Source of the DNA: a virus
DNA length: 64,000 nt
Direction: 5' to 3' (one strand)
IMG/VR virus record: IMGVR_UViG_3300033064_006579
Span: 48,459 to 112,458 of that record
The position numbers were made by a program, and so were the translations under genes. Positions 28,441 through 39,117 of the stretch are shown in pieces (the stretch's first letter is position 1; each line of letters starts with the position of its first letter). Under the pieces are notes generated by a model. It did not search any database and had not been told where the DNA came from. It worked only from the letters and a program-made list of their open reading frames with translations.

Positions 28441-28617
28441 TTACCTTTGTTTAAATTTCGGGCAGTTCTCAGTGACATTCTCAACGAAATCCGGGATTGC
28501 TTCTGGATACTCTTCGCAAGTAAATCTCCCGATATCTCTGAAATCACTATCGTCCTCCGGAGGCTCCCACGCAAGGTTGAACTTGCATTTCCCGCACTGT
28601 AGAATTGGTATTGTCAT
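28441..28617 (-). CDS. Small Cys-rich protein (CxxC...C..YP..IP), candidate MuF immunity protein
   Basis: Own translation MTIPILQCGKCKF...FTCEEYPEAIPDFVENVTENCPKFKQR. Confidence 0.55.
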   Translation of the reverse strand: MTIPILQCGKCKFNLAWEPPEDDSDFRDIGRFTCEEYPEAIPDFVENVTENCPKFKQR

Positions 28618-28820
28618 TTGCCCTCCTTATCGTAGACAATTTTATTGTCTTGATCTTCCCTGACTTTTAAATGCAAATATTCACCATAAGCTATTTCATT
28701 AGGTATCCCATTTGGATAAGCCCTACAAATCACTCGTTCTGTCATTTCTGTGCTATCAGGCTGATCTACACCAATAAAATGCTTACATTTTCTTTTAAAA
28801 CAATTGGGTTCTTGCAGCAT
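28614..28820 (-). CDS. Small Cys-rich protein (C...CKH...CRAYPNGIP), candidate MuF immunity protein
   Basis: Directly downstream of MuF; related to 28441-28617. Confidence 0.6.
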   Translation of the reverse strand: MLQEPNCFKRKCKHFIGVDQPDSTEMTERVICRAYPNGIPNEIAYGEYLHLKVREDQDNKIVYDKEGK

Positions 28821-28848
28821 AATTTACTCCGTGAACATATTATCAAAT

Positions 28849-31800
28849 TTAGGCGTTAGTTTTCTTATTAAAAATCGGAGATTTAATAACATCGTCGATT
28901 GTTTCCTCTTTCGGAATCGCTTTCATAAAATCGTCGAAAAAACTCTCTACTTCTTTAGGAAGCATGCCTCTTTTATATTTCGGAGACGTAAATGCAGAAA
29001 AACTCTCTGCGAACGCTTCGTCATAGCTTGTTTCAGAATACATACTCACATTTTCTGCGAACCAACCAGATCCCTTTTTATTATACAAATCTTCCCACCT
29101 GCCGAGTATCCTCCACTCTTGAACACCGAAATTGTGACCTATTTCATGCCTCAAGATTCCTTGTAAACTCTCATCAATATTAAAAGTATAATCGCCAATT
29201 TTCGGAACAAGGCTTGAAATCGTCCGCCCTTTACCAAAACCAACGCTCAACTCATTTGACGCAGCTAAAAAAACGCCTCTTTTCCCCCTTTCTCCTTCGA
29301 GAAACCCAGACTCGCTGAAGTTAAAATGAATTTCTACACGATTTGGAGCAACTCTCTGTGCTCTTCTAAGCGAAGGGAACCTTTTAAACAAATCGTCAAA
29401 AACTTCTCCAACTACATTAGAAACTTCGACGCCCTCGCCCGTAGCGAACTTGCCTTTTGCAACAAAAGATCTAATGTTAAATAAATCGCCAAGTTGTTTT
29501 TCAAGCTCTTTTAATGTTTTGGAATTCTTCCAGCCAACAGAAACCTTATCGTAATGAACTATTTTAGTTCCCATTTTTTTATGCAGCTCAAGAGCCCTTT
29601 TTGCAATCTCCTGAGCATCGGGATGAATATTCGTGCTTCTAACGTTTGCAACAACCTTATATAAATCATTAAGATCGTTAACAAAATTATCGCCGTACTT
29701 AGACCGAGCTTGCTTCATTAAATCGCTAAATTCGACCCTCGCTTGCTCTACTTCTGTACCAGTGAATTTCTTCTTTATTGGTTTTTTAATAACTGCTTTC
29801 TTTTTCAAATATATAAATTTTTCGATATCGTCTAAAACATCCTTATCAAATAAACCCTGTTTGATAAGGCCTTCGATATCTTTAACGAGATTGTCAAGTT
29901 CTTTTTGAGTGAATTTGAGAATACTTTTACCGTAGACGTCACTTGTATCAAGCAAGAAATCGAGGTCGTTAGCTAATGCCTTTATTGGCGAAGGCAGTCC
30001 TTTAACCTTCGCAGCCGCGCCTCTGCCCTTCTTCCCAACACTCTTTGCGAGATCCTTCTTGATTCTCCGTTCGATATTAGTCATTACCTTGCGGGCTACG
30101 GGATGAAGAGGTTTGCCGGCCAATAATCGCGCAGTCATTTCAGCATAAAACTCGCCTTCGCTGGACAGAGAATATTTACTGACAAACTTCGGTAAATTTG
30201 CCTTTCCAATCCCCTTTTTAAGCTCTTCCAAAGCCCCCTTCGATAATTTCCTTCCCGAAGAGGCCTCGGTACCACCAAGATTAAAGTACCGTTGATGCCC
30301 AAGCTCATGCCTGAATATATGGCCTTTGCTATCAGTGACAAATTGCCCGGCTCGGAATTGTTCTTTCCCCAAGCGTTCAAGGTCGTCGATAGTTTTGAAG
30401 AATTTAGGATTGAACGCTACGGTACCGTCCTCGAAAGATAGTGCGGCGATTTCTTTGTTTCTACCAACAAAATATGACTCGTCAAAATGAATCGATTTTG
30501 GTTTTACTCCCAGTTCGTCGATAGCGCCCCTTGCATAGCGGTTGAATTCGCGGGAGACAGCAACATCGACCTCATCGTAATCAACCACATCGATGTCGAG
30601 CTGCCGCTTCATCCAGTTCTCGGATTGTTTGAGAGTTTGAGTATTCGGAACCTTCGCCTTTACAGCCCTATCCAATTTAACTTCTTTACGAGATCCCCTT
30701 TTAAGGAGGGCAGTAAGTTTCTTTACTGTCTCGGCATCATCAATGTGGCCAATCTGCTCCATACTTTTGAGACGCCACTTGCCAATATCCGATCTGTAAA
30801 ATACTTGCCCGAAAAAGTCTGAACCGGCATCCGCATCGATGGCAACTTGATGGCCTCTTACCCCATACTTCTTAGAGAAAGTTGCCTTCCTGACTTTAGC
30901 TGCCGCATCAACCTTTAATTGATGATCAAGTCCAGCCTCGTTTCTCAAAACCGTTTTAAACTCGATAAACTCGTTGTCGAGGAAAAAATCAAAGGGTCTG
31001 GTCCCGCCAATGTGCTCGGCGTTTAGCCTCCGAGCCACCTCTCGCTCCCAATACTCTGCAACGCCCCTACTCTGTTTATCTATGACAAAATGGTTGCCGA
31101 CAGCATCAATCTGCCGTTTAGTCATCATTTTTGCTTGTGCAGTCGGGATTGGCTTGATAGGTGCACCTTTACCATAGAGCCTCGCCCGCGACACCTTAGA
31201 ATATTCGGGCATAATAGCCTTTATATCGCGCGTAGAGAAGCCCTCACCAAAAAGGTAGCGCATCACATTGACTTCGTTTAGATTATGTTGAGCATGAGCA
31301 AGAGGATGTCTTGGTAAAACATCGTCAAGATGAGAGGCGACATCATCCCATTTTTTAGATTTAATGGCGGAGACAAAATCGCCCATCGTAATATCGTTAA
31401 TCTGCGTAGCCACCTTCCACTCTGGATGTGTTTGGACAAGCTCGGCAGCCACGCCTTTGGGTTTAGGTATAGTCTTTAGTTTAGTTTCATCCCCCACTTG
31501 CATAATAAACTTCTTATATTTCGTTCCTTTTATAACCACACTCTCTTCGCCTATAATTTCTAACTTTAGACCTCGCCCTAAAAGAACTTCCGACTCACCG
31601 CCCAGGGCCATACCGTGCGCCTTTCCAGGTTTAATATAAGCGCCTTTTGTTCCTTTCGGGATTCTCATCTCAAAAAGAGCACCTTTCTTAGGATCGGCAA
31701 ACTGAGTGGCTGCAGCCACTTCGTCCAAAGAAGTACTTGTAAACCCCTTAGAACCTGGAATTTTTAAACCTACTTTCATTCCGCCCCTGACAGGCGTTCC

Positions 31801-33942
31801 TCTATAAACTACAATATTTTCTGGAATCACCCCGAGGGCATCGTCCACTCTCTTCACAATATCGCCTAAGGCCTCATCCACACCTCCAAACCTAAGATAC
31901 TTATTAATGTCCTCAAATCCCTCAGTCAGATAATAATCGACAGCCTCTCGTTCGTGGGCGGGAAGATCTCTCCTCCAATTTGCAAAATGCTTATCTCCCC
32001 ACTCCGTTGGATCATCTATTTTCTTATAAGTAGGTTTAACAACCGCCTTTGGCTTTGGCTTTGGTAATTTCTGATAAATACGTCGATCAATCGGAAATTT
32101 CTCTTCAATAAAGTTAGCAAATTCTTTATATTTGCGAACAACATTCTTTTTCCACATAAGCGCAGCTTGTGTTAATTCTGCAGCTTCTTTACCCTCGTTT
32201 ATAACGGCCATCCTATAATCCGCCCACCTCTGGACATTCATCGACCACCATTCAAGAGCTTCGCCGAGGGGATCAGAATATATTCTTCCTTCATAATCAT
32301 CTATCCAATTATTCTTCCAAAAAGACCCTCCATCGTCATACTTACCCGCCTCCCCACTGTGTTGATTTTTAAACCATTTACGATACACTGTTGCCTCTTT
32401 TTCCGTCGCGTATTTTACATCTCCCCAATATCCGTACTTACCTTTAATTCCCCCAAAAAAATCGTCAATGGCGTGGGCCATCTCATGTGAAATTGCCAGC
32501 CCTCGCCTCAAATCTGACTCAAAAAGATAACATACCTTCCCATAATAGTACGCTCTATTATCCTCCCAGTTTCCATGCAATCTAATCTTTACACCAGCCT
32601 TATTCATATCATCGAGCAAATCGTAGGGTATAAAACGCGTAGCCTTTTCAGTCAATTCTTCAAATTCAGCCAAAGTTTTAAGTTCAACAGAATGATGAAG
32701 CTCGATCATGTCTCCAATTATTTTTTTTCTTTCTTCCAAGTACGCAGCATCGTCAAGTTCTACGATTTTGTAGAGGTGTTCAAGGTCCGGATCAACGATC
32801 TTCTTTGGTTCAAGTTCAGGTTTAGGTTTAATAATTGCCTTCTTCTTCATTAATTCGTCAAGTTCATCAAGAGATAGGATTCTATTGCTCTTAACCATCT
32901 CTCTTAATTCGAGCTTCCCGGCCTTCCAGGGATCATACCTTTTGCCGAGGATGCCCTTGACAAAAGCGTTATCTTCGACATCCATTTTTCTAAGCCAAGA
33001 CGGGTAATCTAACACAGAAGGAATTTGTCCGGTGAAGGAGGCCCGTGTACCAAGAGGAACTTCCCCTTTTGTCTTGTCTCCCAATTCTTTCCAGGATTTA
33101 GTTATAGGACTGAGTACACACCGGCACAGTGGGTGGATTGGTGGAATATCCCCCACAGTAGGAGGGTTCTTTTTGAAATAATAGACATTGCCATCTCTGA
33201 CTGCGCACGCCAAACATGTCCTTGCGTCAAGGGTGCTAATATGCTCCATCCCCTTCAATATATCTTGATTAGCATCATAGATAGCTTTTTGTGTGGCAAC
33301 CGAGGCTCGCATGATCTCGGTACGCGCAATGACATTACTCTGCGTCATGATGCGCTTACCCATCGTACCCCCCATCCCCTCGCCGACACCAAAGACCCGT
33401 CGACCTGCCTTCGCCATATCCTCGCCACGAATCATCGACTGGGCAAGCTCGTCTCTCATTGTCACTAACGACTCGCGATAGCGATTGACAAAGCGATTCT
33501 GCCAATCATACATTCCTGTTGGCCCGCCAAGGGGGCTGGAAACCAATGTGTCGAGTTGCTCATAGGGAATGCGGGCAATATCTATGCCAATTTTTTCAAA
33601 CTTAGAGTTGAGGAGTTGTTCGTAATACTCCTTCTCGCTCATTGCAAACTGGCTCAGGTTATAGGAGAGGCCATCTACTGCACCAGTAGTAGCGGTGTCG
33701 AGGATCGCAGCCATCTCCCCAATCTGCGCATTCAGCCTATCGATGCGCCATTGCAGAGTATAACCGCTGCGATAAGTGCCTGTTGCAAGCTTCTTCTCAA
33801 GCGTCGCCAACTGGGCGATCATTGCTGGCTTCGCCCGGTTATAATGGGAGACAACCTCATTCACCGTGCCGTTTTCGAAACGATGAATATAATGTGTTCT
33901 TTTAAGAAGAGTGTCGCGGAGGGTTTCGTTTATGTCGGCCAT
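28849..33942 (-). CDS. MuF (SPP1 gp7-like) minor head protein with multiple C-terminal toxin-like domains
   Basis: IARTE...STLDARTC..C..RDG...PPIHPLCRC MuF core; HEMAH, HELGH and HEIGH zincin motifs; VYRG/FTSTS/ESEVLL ADP-ribosyltransferase motifs; PFD...IEFK nuclease-like motif. Confidence 0.9.
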   Translation of the reverse strand: MADINETLRDTLLKRTHYIHRFENGTVNEVVSHYNRAKPAMIAQLATLEKKLATGTYRSGYTLQWRIDRLNAQIGEMAAILDTATTGAVDGLSYNLSQFAMSEKEYYEQLLNSKFEKIGIDIARIPYEQLDTLVSSPLGGPTGMYDWQNRFVNRYRESLVTMRDELAQSMIRGEDMAKAGRRVFGVGEGMGGTMGKRIMTQSNVIARTEIMRASVATQKAIYDANQDILKGMEHISTLDARTCLACAVRDGNVYYFKKNPPTVGDIPPIHPLCRCVLSPITKSWKELGDKTKGEVPLGTRASFTGQIPSVLDYPSWLRKMDVEDNAFVKGILGKRYDPWKAGKLELREMVKSNRILSLDELDELMKKKAIIKPKPELEPKKIVDPDLEHLYKIVELDDAAYLEERKKIIGDMIELHHSVELKTLAEFEELTEKATRFIPYDLLDDMNKAGVKIRLHGNWEDNRAYYYGKVCYLFESDLRRGLAISHEMAHAIDDFFGGIKGKYGYWGDVKYATEKEATVYRKWFKNQHSGEAGKYDDGGSFWKNNWIDDYEGRIYSDPLGEALEWWSMNVQRWADYRMAVINEGKEAAELTQAALMWKKNVVRKYKEFANFIEEKFPIDRRIYQKLPKPKPKAVVKPTYKKIDDPTEWGDKHFANWRRDLPAHEREAVDYYLTEGFEDINKYLRFGGVDEALGDIVKRVDDALGVIPENIVVYRGTPVRGGMKVGLKIPGSKGFTSTSLDEVAAATQFADPKKGALFEMRIPKGTKGAYIKPGKAHGMALGGESEVLLGRGLKLEIIGEESVVIKGTKYKKFIMQVGDETKLKTIPKPKGVAAELVQTHPEWKVATQINDITMGDFVSAIKSKKWDDVASHLDDVLPRHPLAHAQHNLNEVNVMRYLFGEGFSTRDIKAIMPEYSKVSRARLYGKGAPIKPIPTAQAKMMTKRQIDAVGNHFVIDKQSRGVAEYWEREVARRLNAEHIGGTRPFDFFLDNEFIEFKTVLRNEAGLDHQLKVDAAAKVRKATFSKKYGVRGHQVAIDADAGSDFFGQVFYRSDIGKWRLKSMEQIGHIDDAETVKKLTALLKRGSRKEVKLDRAVKAKVPNTQTLKQSENWMKRQLDIDVVDYDEVDVAVSREFNRYARGAIDELGVKPKSIHFDESYFVGRNKEIAALSFEDGTVAFNPKFFKTIDDLERLGKEQFRAGQFVTDSKGHIFRHELGHQRYFNLGGTEASSGRKLSKGALEELKKGIGKANLPKFVSKYSLSSEGEFYAEMTARLLAGKPLHPVARKVMTNIERRIKKDLAKSVGKKGRGAAAKVKGLPSPIKALANDLDFLLDTSDVYGKSILKFTQKELDNLVKDIEGLIKQGLFDKDVLDDIEKFIYLKKKAVIKKPIKKKFTGTEVEQARVEFSDLMKQARSKYGDNFVNDLNDLYKVVANVRSTNIHPDAQEIAKRALELHKKMGTKIVHYDKVSVGWKNSKTLKELEKQLGDLFNIRSFVAKGKFATGEGVEVSNVVGEVFDDLFKRFPSLRRAQRVAPNRVEIHFNFSESGFLEGERGKRGVFLAASNELSVGFGKGRTISSLVPKIGDYTFNIDESLQGILRHEIGHNFGVQEWRILGRWEDLYNKKGSGWFAENVSMYSETSYDEAFAESFSAFTSPKYKRGMLPKEVESFFDDFMKAIPKEETIDDVIKSPIFNKKTNA

Positions 33943-34235
33943 TATAAATCACAGAGGTTCACATCATCAGGAATGTCTTTGAACTCATCTTTAAAATCAG
34001 TATTGCCGGGCTCTTTAAAATCGACCCTTTTCGATTCCTTAAAATCCAGTTGGTCGCCGCGAAGCTTTGCTCTCAGCGCGGTCATCCTCTTTGATCTCTC
34101 GCGAGCAAGGCGCTTATTGCATTCTTTGCATATACTCTGATAGCCGTCCTTCGTTTTGCTATGGAGCGAGAACTCAGAGATCGGCAGTTCTTTCTTGCCC
34201 TTGTGTTTTTTATGGGTGCATTTTTTTGTTTTCAT
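33942..34235 (-). CDS. Hypothetical zinc-finger protein
   Basis: KKC...SEF....TKDGYQSICKEC, like N-termini of phage endonucleases, but no nuclease domain. Confidence 0.55.
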   Translation of the reverse strand: MKTKKCTHKKHKGKKELPISEFSLHSKTKDGYQSICKECNKRLARERSKRMTALRAKLRGDQLDFKESKRVDFKEPGNTDFKDEFKDIPDDVNLCDL

Positions 34236-34250
34236 TTAACCCTCGATATA

Positions 34251-34475
34251 TTAAGCATATGCTGCAGGCGTCAACGTTGTACCAATAAAAACAGGGGTGA
34301 TCTCTATGACCGTCACAGCGCCGTCTTCATGGATTAGAGACATTCTGCCAGTTTCCTTTAATTCCTTCATATCTCGACTACAAATAAAATTATATTTGAG
34401 AGGGAGGCCAAGATAAAATTCACTCAGTCTTTCCTCCGACAATAATCTCTTCGTTGTCGTAGTTATCTCTAACAC
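34251..34475 (-). CDS. Hypothetical protein
   Basis: 74-aa ORF, GTG start. Confidence 0.4.
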   Translation of the reverse strand: MLEITTTTKRLLSEERLSEFYLGLPLKYNFICSRDMKELKETGRMSLIHEDGAVTVIEITPVFIGTTLTPAAYA

Positions 34476-34492
34476 AATTCACCTTCGTATCC

Positions 34493-34792
34493 CTACTCTC
34501 CGCATGAATAATGATTGCCATCGGGCCACTTAAAGCGCCCGCCCCAAGTTCCGCCAATACCCTCCCAGAACTCTCCGAGCGGCAGGTGGTCGATAGTTTC
34601 TCTAAGGTACGCACCGTCTTTAAAAAGATTCAGGTCGATAGCCAACCGCCTGTAATGGAAGCTCCCGTCCTTATGTCCCCTTGAGGCCCAGGCGTCTCCG
34701 AATGTCAACTCATACCCGCTCTCATATGCGAAAAGTATCAACCTCGCAACCATGTAAACAAATTTACTTTGTTTTTCCCTGACTGCCCCCAT
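34493..34792 (-). CDS. M15-family peptidase (probable endolysin)
   Basis: S.H..RLAIDLNL...WGGRF..DGNHYS zinc-peptidase motifs. Confidence 0.85.
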   Translation of the reverse strand: MGAVREKQSKFVYMVARLILFAYESGYELTFGDAWASRGHKDGSFHYRRLAIDLNLFKDGAYLRETIDHLPLGEFWEGIGGTWGGRFKWPDGNHYSCGE

Positions 34793-34826
34793 AATTATTC
34801 CTCATCCCTCCATTCATCTTCATCCT

Positions 34827-35708
34827 CTAAAATAGCGTTGGCACAGCCTCTCGATATAACTTTGTCCAAAACTTTTTATCGGCATTCGCTCTTGCATTAC
34901 AACTCCTACATAATGTTATCAAATTATCAGGGTGACAATTTTTCTTGTCGTAATCAATATGATGAATTACTAAATCGCAATTTTTATCCCAACAATCAGG
35001 ATTTTGACACTTATAATTATCTCTTTCTTTTATGTCTTCTTTAAACTCCTTGTCTCCCCAAACATGACAATACTCTTCTTTAGAACTCCCGCCTTTCCAC
35101 CTTGGATGGTTACAAGGGGCAGAAAATCTTTCAAAACTTGCCAAACTCATTTTCAATCTTGTTTTTTCAGAGAATTTTCTTCCTTTATTTGCCAAACTTA
35201 TTTTTTCTCTAACTTCAGATCGTTTAGCAGGATTATCGTCACCATATAATCTTGTTGTTTTTATTTTAGCCTTTGTTTCTTCAGAATGTTTCATCCCTTT
35301 ATGAGCATTAGATATTTTCTCTCGCCATTCTTTTGTTATAACCCTGCCTTTCATTTTCTCACTTATTTTTTCTCTAACTTCAGATCGTTTAGCAGGATTA
35401 TCATCACCACGAAGAGCTGATTTTTTCAAATTTTCAATGTGAAGTTTGCTTAATTTTTTACCCTTGTGAGCGTTAGATATTTTCTCTATCGACTCTTTAG
35501 AATGAGCCTTGCCATAAAAATGATTTTTCTCGCCTTTGTGAGATTCGCTTAATTTCATTTTATGTTCTTTTGAAAGAGACTTTCCAGAATGGCTTTTACT
35601 TATCTTTTCTCTAACCCACTTCATTCTTGATGAATGGCCTTTTAAAAATCGATTCCCCAACTTGGCATACTCACCACAACCACATTCACATAGAGTTTTA
35701 TTCTTCAT
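34827..35708 (-). CDS. HNH homing endonuclease with NUMOD3 repeats
   Basis: CECGC, H[ST].E.K.KIS repeats and C-terminal HHIDYDKKNCHP.NLITLC; paralogue of 19315-20328. Confidence 0.9.
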   Translation of the reverse strand: MKNKTLCECGCGEYAKLGNRFLKGHSSRMKWVREKISKSHSGKSLSKEHKMKLSESHKGEKNHFYGKAHSKESIEKISNAHKGKKLSKLHIENLKKSALRGDDNPAKRSEVREKISEKMKGRVITKEWREKISNAHKGMKHSEETKAKIKTTRLYGDDNPAKRSEVREKISLANKGRKFSEKTRLKMSLASFERFSAPCNHPRWKGGSSKEEYCHVWGDKEFKEDIKERDNYKCQNPDCWDKNCDLVIHHIDYDKKNCHPDNLITLCRSCNARANADKKFWTKLYREAVPTLF

Positions 35709-37182
35709 CTGACCATTCACTCTCATTGCCCTCATCAATTGCGCCCCACTGGTTGGCGGGCGCAATGGGTAGATTAAAAGGCACTTTATAAATATCCATG
35801 CCGTCCTCTTCAATAATATTCTGCTCCTCTTCCTCGCTATTAAGTCCCTCTTTATGTCGCCATGTTTTGCGGGAAAGTATTTTACTCTCGTGTTGAATTT
35901 TCCTTGCTTGATTATTCTTCATAATATCTGCAAGGATGAGGGGCGGCCATTCAAGTGCGCAGCCCTCTTCTTCGTCTTTTGGGATCTCACCATAATCCTT
36001 GCCTGCGGAGATAACCCAAACGAATATTTCATTATAATACCAACCGAAGAAGTCCTGCCAGTCCTCGATCTCTCTGACAAACGGATTCTGTGCAGTAACA
36101 GACGAACTATAATTGGCATTCGAGTAATCAGCGGTGAGCATCATTTCGGGCATCCCACACCCAGCCGCCACCGCCAATAGCATGGCCCTGCCGTCATCCT
36201 TGACATCCGGAGCATTAATATTTGGCGACACCATCTCATACTCAATCCCCTCGCTGGCCGTAATAACGGTACCAGCGGCAAAAGCCTGCTGTTTATTGCG
36301 ATCTGCACTTTGGTGCTGCGCCATTTGGGCCTCGCGCAAACTCTCTACCGTATTGCTCGTGCCCTTCACGGTTTTGATGAGCGCAATCGCCGAACGCACT
36401 TTATTAAGGATAATCCTGTCGTCGAGCCAGTTAAGATACTTCGCAATCATCGGCAATGCCGTCAATAGTGCGCTCATGCCTCGCTTTACATCACTATCGA
36501 CGAATATTTTAATGTGGATAATCTCATCGGCCTCGATTGCTTCAATCAGGTTTCCCTCTGCATCACAGTGATAATACGTCCTCACGTCCTCAACGTCATT
36601 CGGATCGGTACCAATACCAAAAGTCACCTGCTCGCCAGCCCGTAAATCCCCTTCTTTTACGGGATTACGTATTTTTTCAGCCCGCATAAAACGTATTTTC
36701 ACGTCTCCGTTGTTCTTGTCAACAAAGCGCCGTATAAAAATCTCCCCATCTCTGAAAACCCTCTTGACGAGTTCCTTCTCTCGCAGTGACCATTTATTCA
36801 TCTTGGCAAAATTATCCCAAGTATCTTTCACCTTCTCGTTCTCACTATCAGGCTTAATAGTCGGTCCCTTGCCAAGAACGAATTTACTCAAGTTCCGAAC
36901 AATAGCTTTTGCATAGAGGTTTGTGGCGAAAGCCTTATAAGCCACTGCAAGCATTTCATAGTGGTTATAACCAGTGACATCGCTAATATCACCGCTCTCT
37001 GCCCCTATCATAATCCAATTACTATCGCCAGGTTCAGTCGGAACAGGGCGTTGCGACGGATCTGCCTCTTTCTTAAAAATATTACTGAGTTGTTCTGTAG
37101 CAAGTTCGATCCTCGCGAGTTCGAATTTATCCTGCTGTATTTTTAAACTTCTTCTCGTTCTAAACCCCTCTAAGAGTTTCAT
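35698..37182 (-). CDS. Portal protein
   Basis: About 490 aa after terL; FRDGEIF, IIHIK....KRG.S.L and ANYSSS motifs. Confidence 0.85.
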   Translation of the reverse strand: MKLLEGFRTRRSLKIQQDKFELARIELATEQLSNIFKKEADPSQRPVPTEPGDSNWIMIGAESGDISDVTGYNHYEMLAVAYKAFATNLYAKAIVRNLSKFVLGKGPTIKPDSENEKVKDTWDNFAKMNKWSLREKELVKRVFRDGEIFIRRFVDKNNGDVKIRFMRAEKIRNPVKEGDLRAGEQVTFGIGTDPNDVEDVRTYYHCDAEGNLIEAIEADEIIHIKIFVDSDVKRGMSALLTALPMIAKYLNWLDDRIILNKVRSAIALIKTVKGTSNTVESLREAQMAQHQSADRNKQQAFAAGTVITASEGIEYEMVSPNINAPDVKDDGRAMLLAVAAGCGMPEMMLTADYSNANYSSSVTAQNPFVREIEDWQDFFGWYYNEIFVWVISAGKDYGEIPKDEEEGCALEWPPLILADIMKNNQARKIQHESKILSRKTWRHKEGLNSEEEEQNIIEEDGMDIYKVPFNLPIAPANQWGAIDEGNESEWSDEE

Positions 37183-37200
37183 ATCGCGCCATCCTCTCAA

Positions 37201-37249
37201 AATATCAAGTTTTACTTGATATTATAACTTATCGAGACCATGTTAACAA
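37201..37249 (-). promoter_or_regulatory. Sigma70-like promoter with overlapping palindromic operator
   Basis: TTGTTA-N17-TATAAT (37249-37221); inverted repeat AATATCAAGT-ttt-ACTTGATATT at 37201-37223. Confidence 0.6.
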
Positions 37250-37251
37250 AA

Positions 37252-39117
37252 TTACCTTTTCCTTCTCCTATACCAAAACCCCTCTTGCTCGACCACTTCC
37301 TCTGGAGGTATGATAAGGGGCAGGATAATTTGATAGCAGGACTGAATGATATATCGAGTAGTGTCGCAACCATGATCGTCAATTTTTAGGGGAACCTTAC
37401 TTGAAATCTTTCCCTCGTCGGTCCTCGGGTACCTATAGCGACCCATCTCGACATCGGTCCCTACCAATTCCTCATCTTGACAATCAAGGTAATTCTCAAG
37501 GATATAATAATTGCTTTTAAGAGCGCCACCCTCCTCATAGTCAGGCCACGTCTCCATGTGCGCGCGCACGAGCTCTATGCCATTCTCAACATCGTTGATT
37601 GCAGAGTATGTATTAATTTTATAGAGATTTAGGAGATCGATGCGGGCCTGCTTGGCAGAGGGATCGGCGAAGATGATCTCCTGCGCCGCCCACGCGGGCG
37701 AGGCCTTAATCCTCCGACTATGTCCCTCGATAGTATCTGCACCTGAGCGGTATTCATAAAAAATATAGAATGTCAATTTATATGACAATTCTCTACCTGG
37801 TTCGGTATCGTCAAGGGCTCTAAAGATATCGCTATAATCCACATACGCCTTCTGATAGACAAATGGGTGCCCTGGAGACGAACCAAAGTCGATCGCCGAC
37901 ATGACGAGAACATTACTCATCGGTACAATGCTGAGGCTATTACCAAAATGGACTTCCCTATTCCACTGCGCTCCGTAGACTAACTCGACAGTGGAGGGCC
38001 TTTTACAGAACCACTGTGCATCAAGGACGGGGGTGCTAATACTCCTCGCCTTATCGATCCAGTCGTCAATCTTATAGTGCCCTGAGCAGTGGTGGGCCAT
38101 CCCCCTACATTTCTCGAAGATCGGGCAGTCACCGCGCACCTCGTCACCCCTACACTCACGCTCGCACTTCTCAAGGATCTCCCATATACACCAGCAATAG
38201 ATCTTCCACCCCTTATCCTCCGCCTCGTTTAGGAGTCGTTGAAACGTGCCGACGTCGTACTTCCTCGTCGACAGAAAGGTGTTCTGCCCCATGATGTCCC
38301 TGCCATCCTCAGTGGTTTTAGACATCGACATCGATAGGCCCTCCTGCAGAACTCCCCAGTCCATTAGTTCAACCTCGTCGATGCGCGCCTTCTGCGGATG
38401 TGGACTGTTCAGCCCTTTAATCGACCCCGTGACCACCTCCTGGAAGGAGTTATTGACATAGGTAGTTGAGCCCCTCGTTGGCGGCCTCTCGCACATCGCT
38501 GAGATAGTAGGGTGACGGTGAAACGCGACGAAATATTTATACACCTTTCCGGCTTGATCGAGGGTCGAGCCGGCAGACGCTACCTCACAATCCGCTTTGA
38601 ACGCCATGTCAAGGTGATTGAGGATGGCCACCTCCGTCGTCTTCCCACCCGTTCTATTAGCGAAGGCAATAGAGTTTCGCGTCCGCTCAAAGAACATGTC
38701 GCTAATATAATCAAATGGAGCGGCGTGAGGGTAGTCGAATTTATCGAATTCCTCATTGTGTAGCTTGCATACCGCGCGTCGCTGTATCTTAAAGCCGAGA
38801 AATTCTAGAATATACCACCACAGTATCTCGTCGTCCCCTATCCCATACTTCAACAGCGCCCTGAATAGTCGCGGATGGCTGTTCCTCCTGCGATGCCTCA
38901 GGTCAAAGTCCTCCCTCAGAAGTCGCGTGAAGTACTGGAACTTCAGCGCATCCGCGATGACCCCACCTCCGTCAAACCAGCTGTCTGGCAGGTGGAGGTG
39001 CTCGATGTAATACTCTATCGACGAGCAGAGAGCTTTCCAATGTGGAATGCCCTCGACACCCTCCAGAAACTCCCTAGACACTCCGATCTCAGGCATCGTC
39101 GTCGACGTCCTCTGCAA
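37252..39117 (-). CDS. terL: Terminase large subunit
   Basis: Walker A NRTGGKT, Walker B ARIDEVE, nuclease IDFG, ADPSA and DDHGCD. Confidence 0.9.
   Translation of the reverse strand: MQRTSTTMPEIGVSREFLEGVEGIPHWKALCSSIEYYIEHLHLPDSWFDGGGVIADALKFQYFTRLLREDFDLRHRRRNSHPRLFRALLKYGIGDDEILWWYILEFLGFKIQRRAVCKLHNEEFDKFDYPHAAPFDYISDMFFERTRNSIAFANRTGGKTTEVAILNHLDMAFKADCEVASAGSTLDQAGKVYKYFVAFHRHPTISAMCERPPTRGSTTYVNNSFQEVVTGSIKGLNSPHPQKARIDEVELMDWGVLQEGLSMSMSKTTEDGRDIMGQNTFLSTRKYDVGTFQRLLNEAEDKGWKIYCWCIWEILEKCERECRGDEVRGDCPIFEKCRGMAHHCSGHYKIDDWIDKARSISTPVLDAQWFCKRPSTVELVYGAQWNREVHFGNSLSIVPMSNVLVMSAIDFGSSPGHPFVYQKAYVDYSDIFRALDDTEPGRELSYKLTFYIFYEYRSGADTIEGHSRRIKASPAWAAQEIIFADPSAKQARIDLLNLYKINTYSAINDVENGIELVRAHMETWPDYEEGGALKSNYYILENYLDCQDEELVGTDVEMGRYRYPRTDEGKISSKVPLKIDDHGCDTTRYIIQSCYQIILPLIIPPEEVVEQEGFWYRRRKR

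Noticed and set aside
34827-39117. Group I intron or intein in portal or terminase
   Set aside because: Both genes are continuous and of normal size; the HNH gene is free-standing
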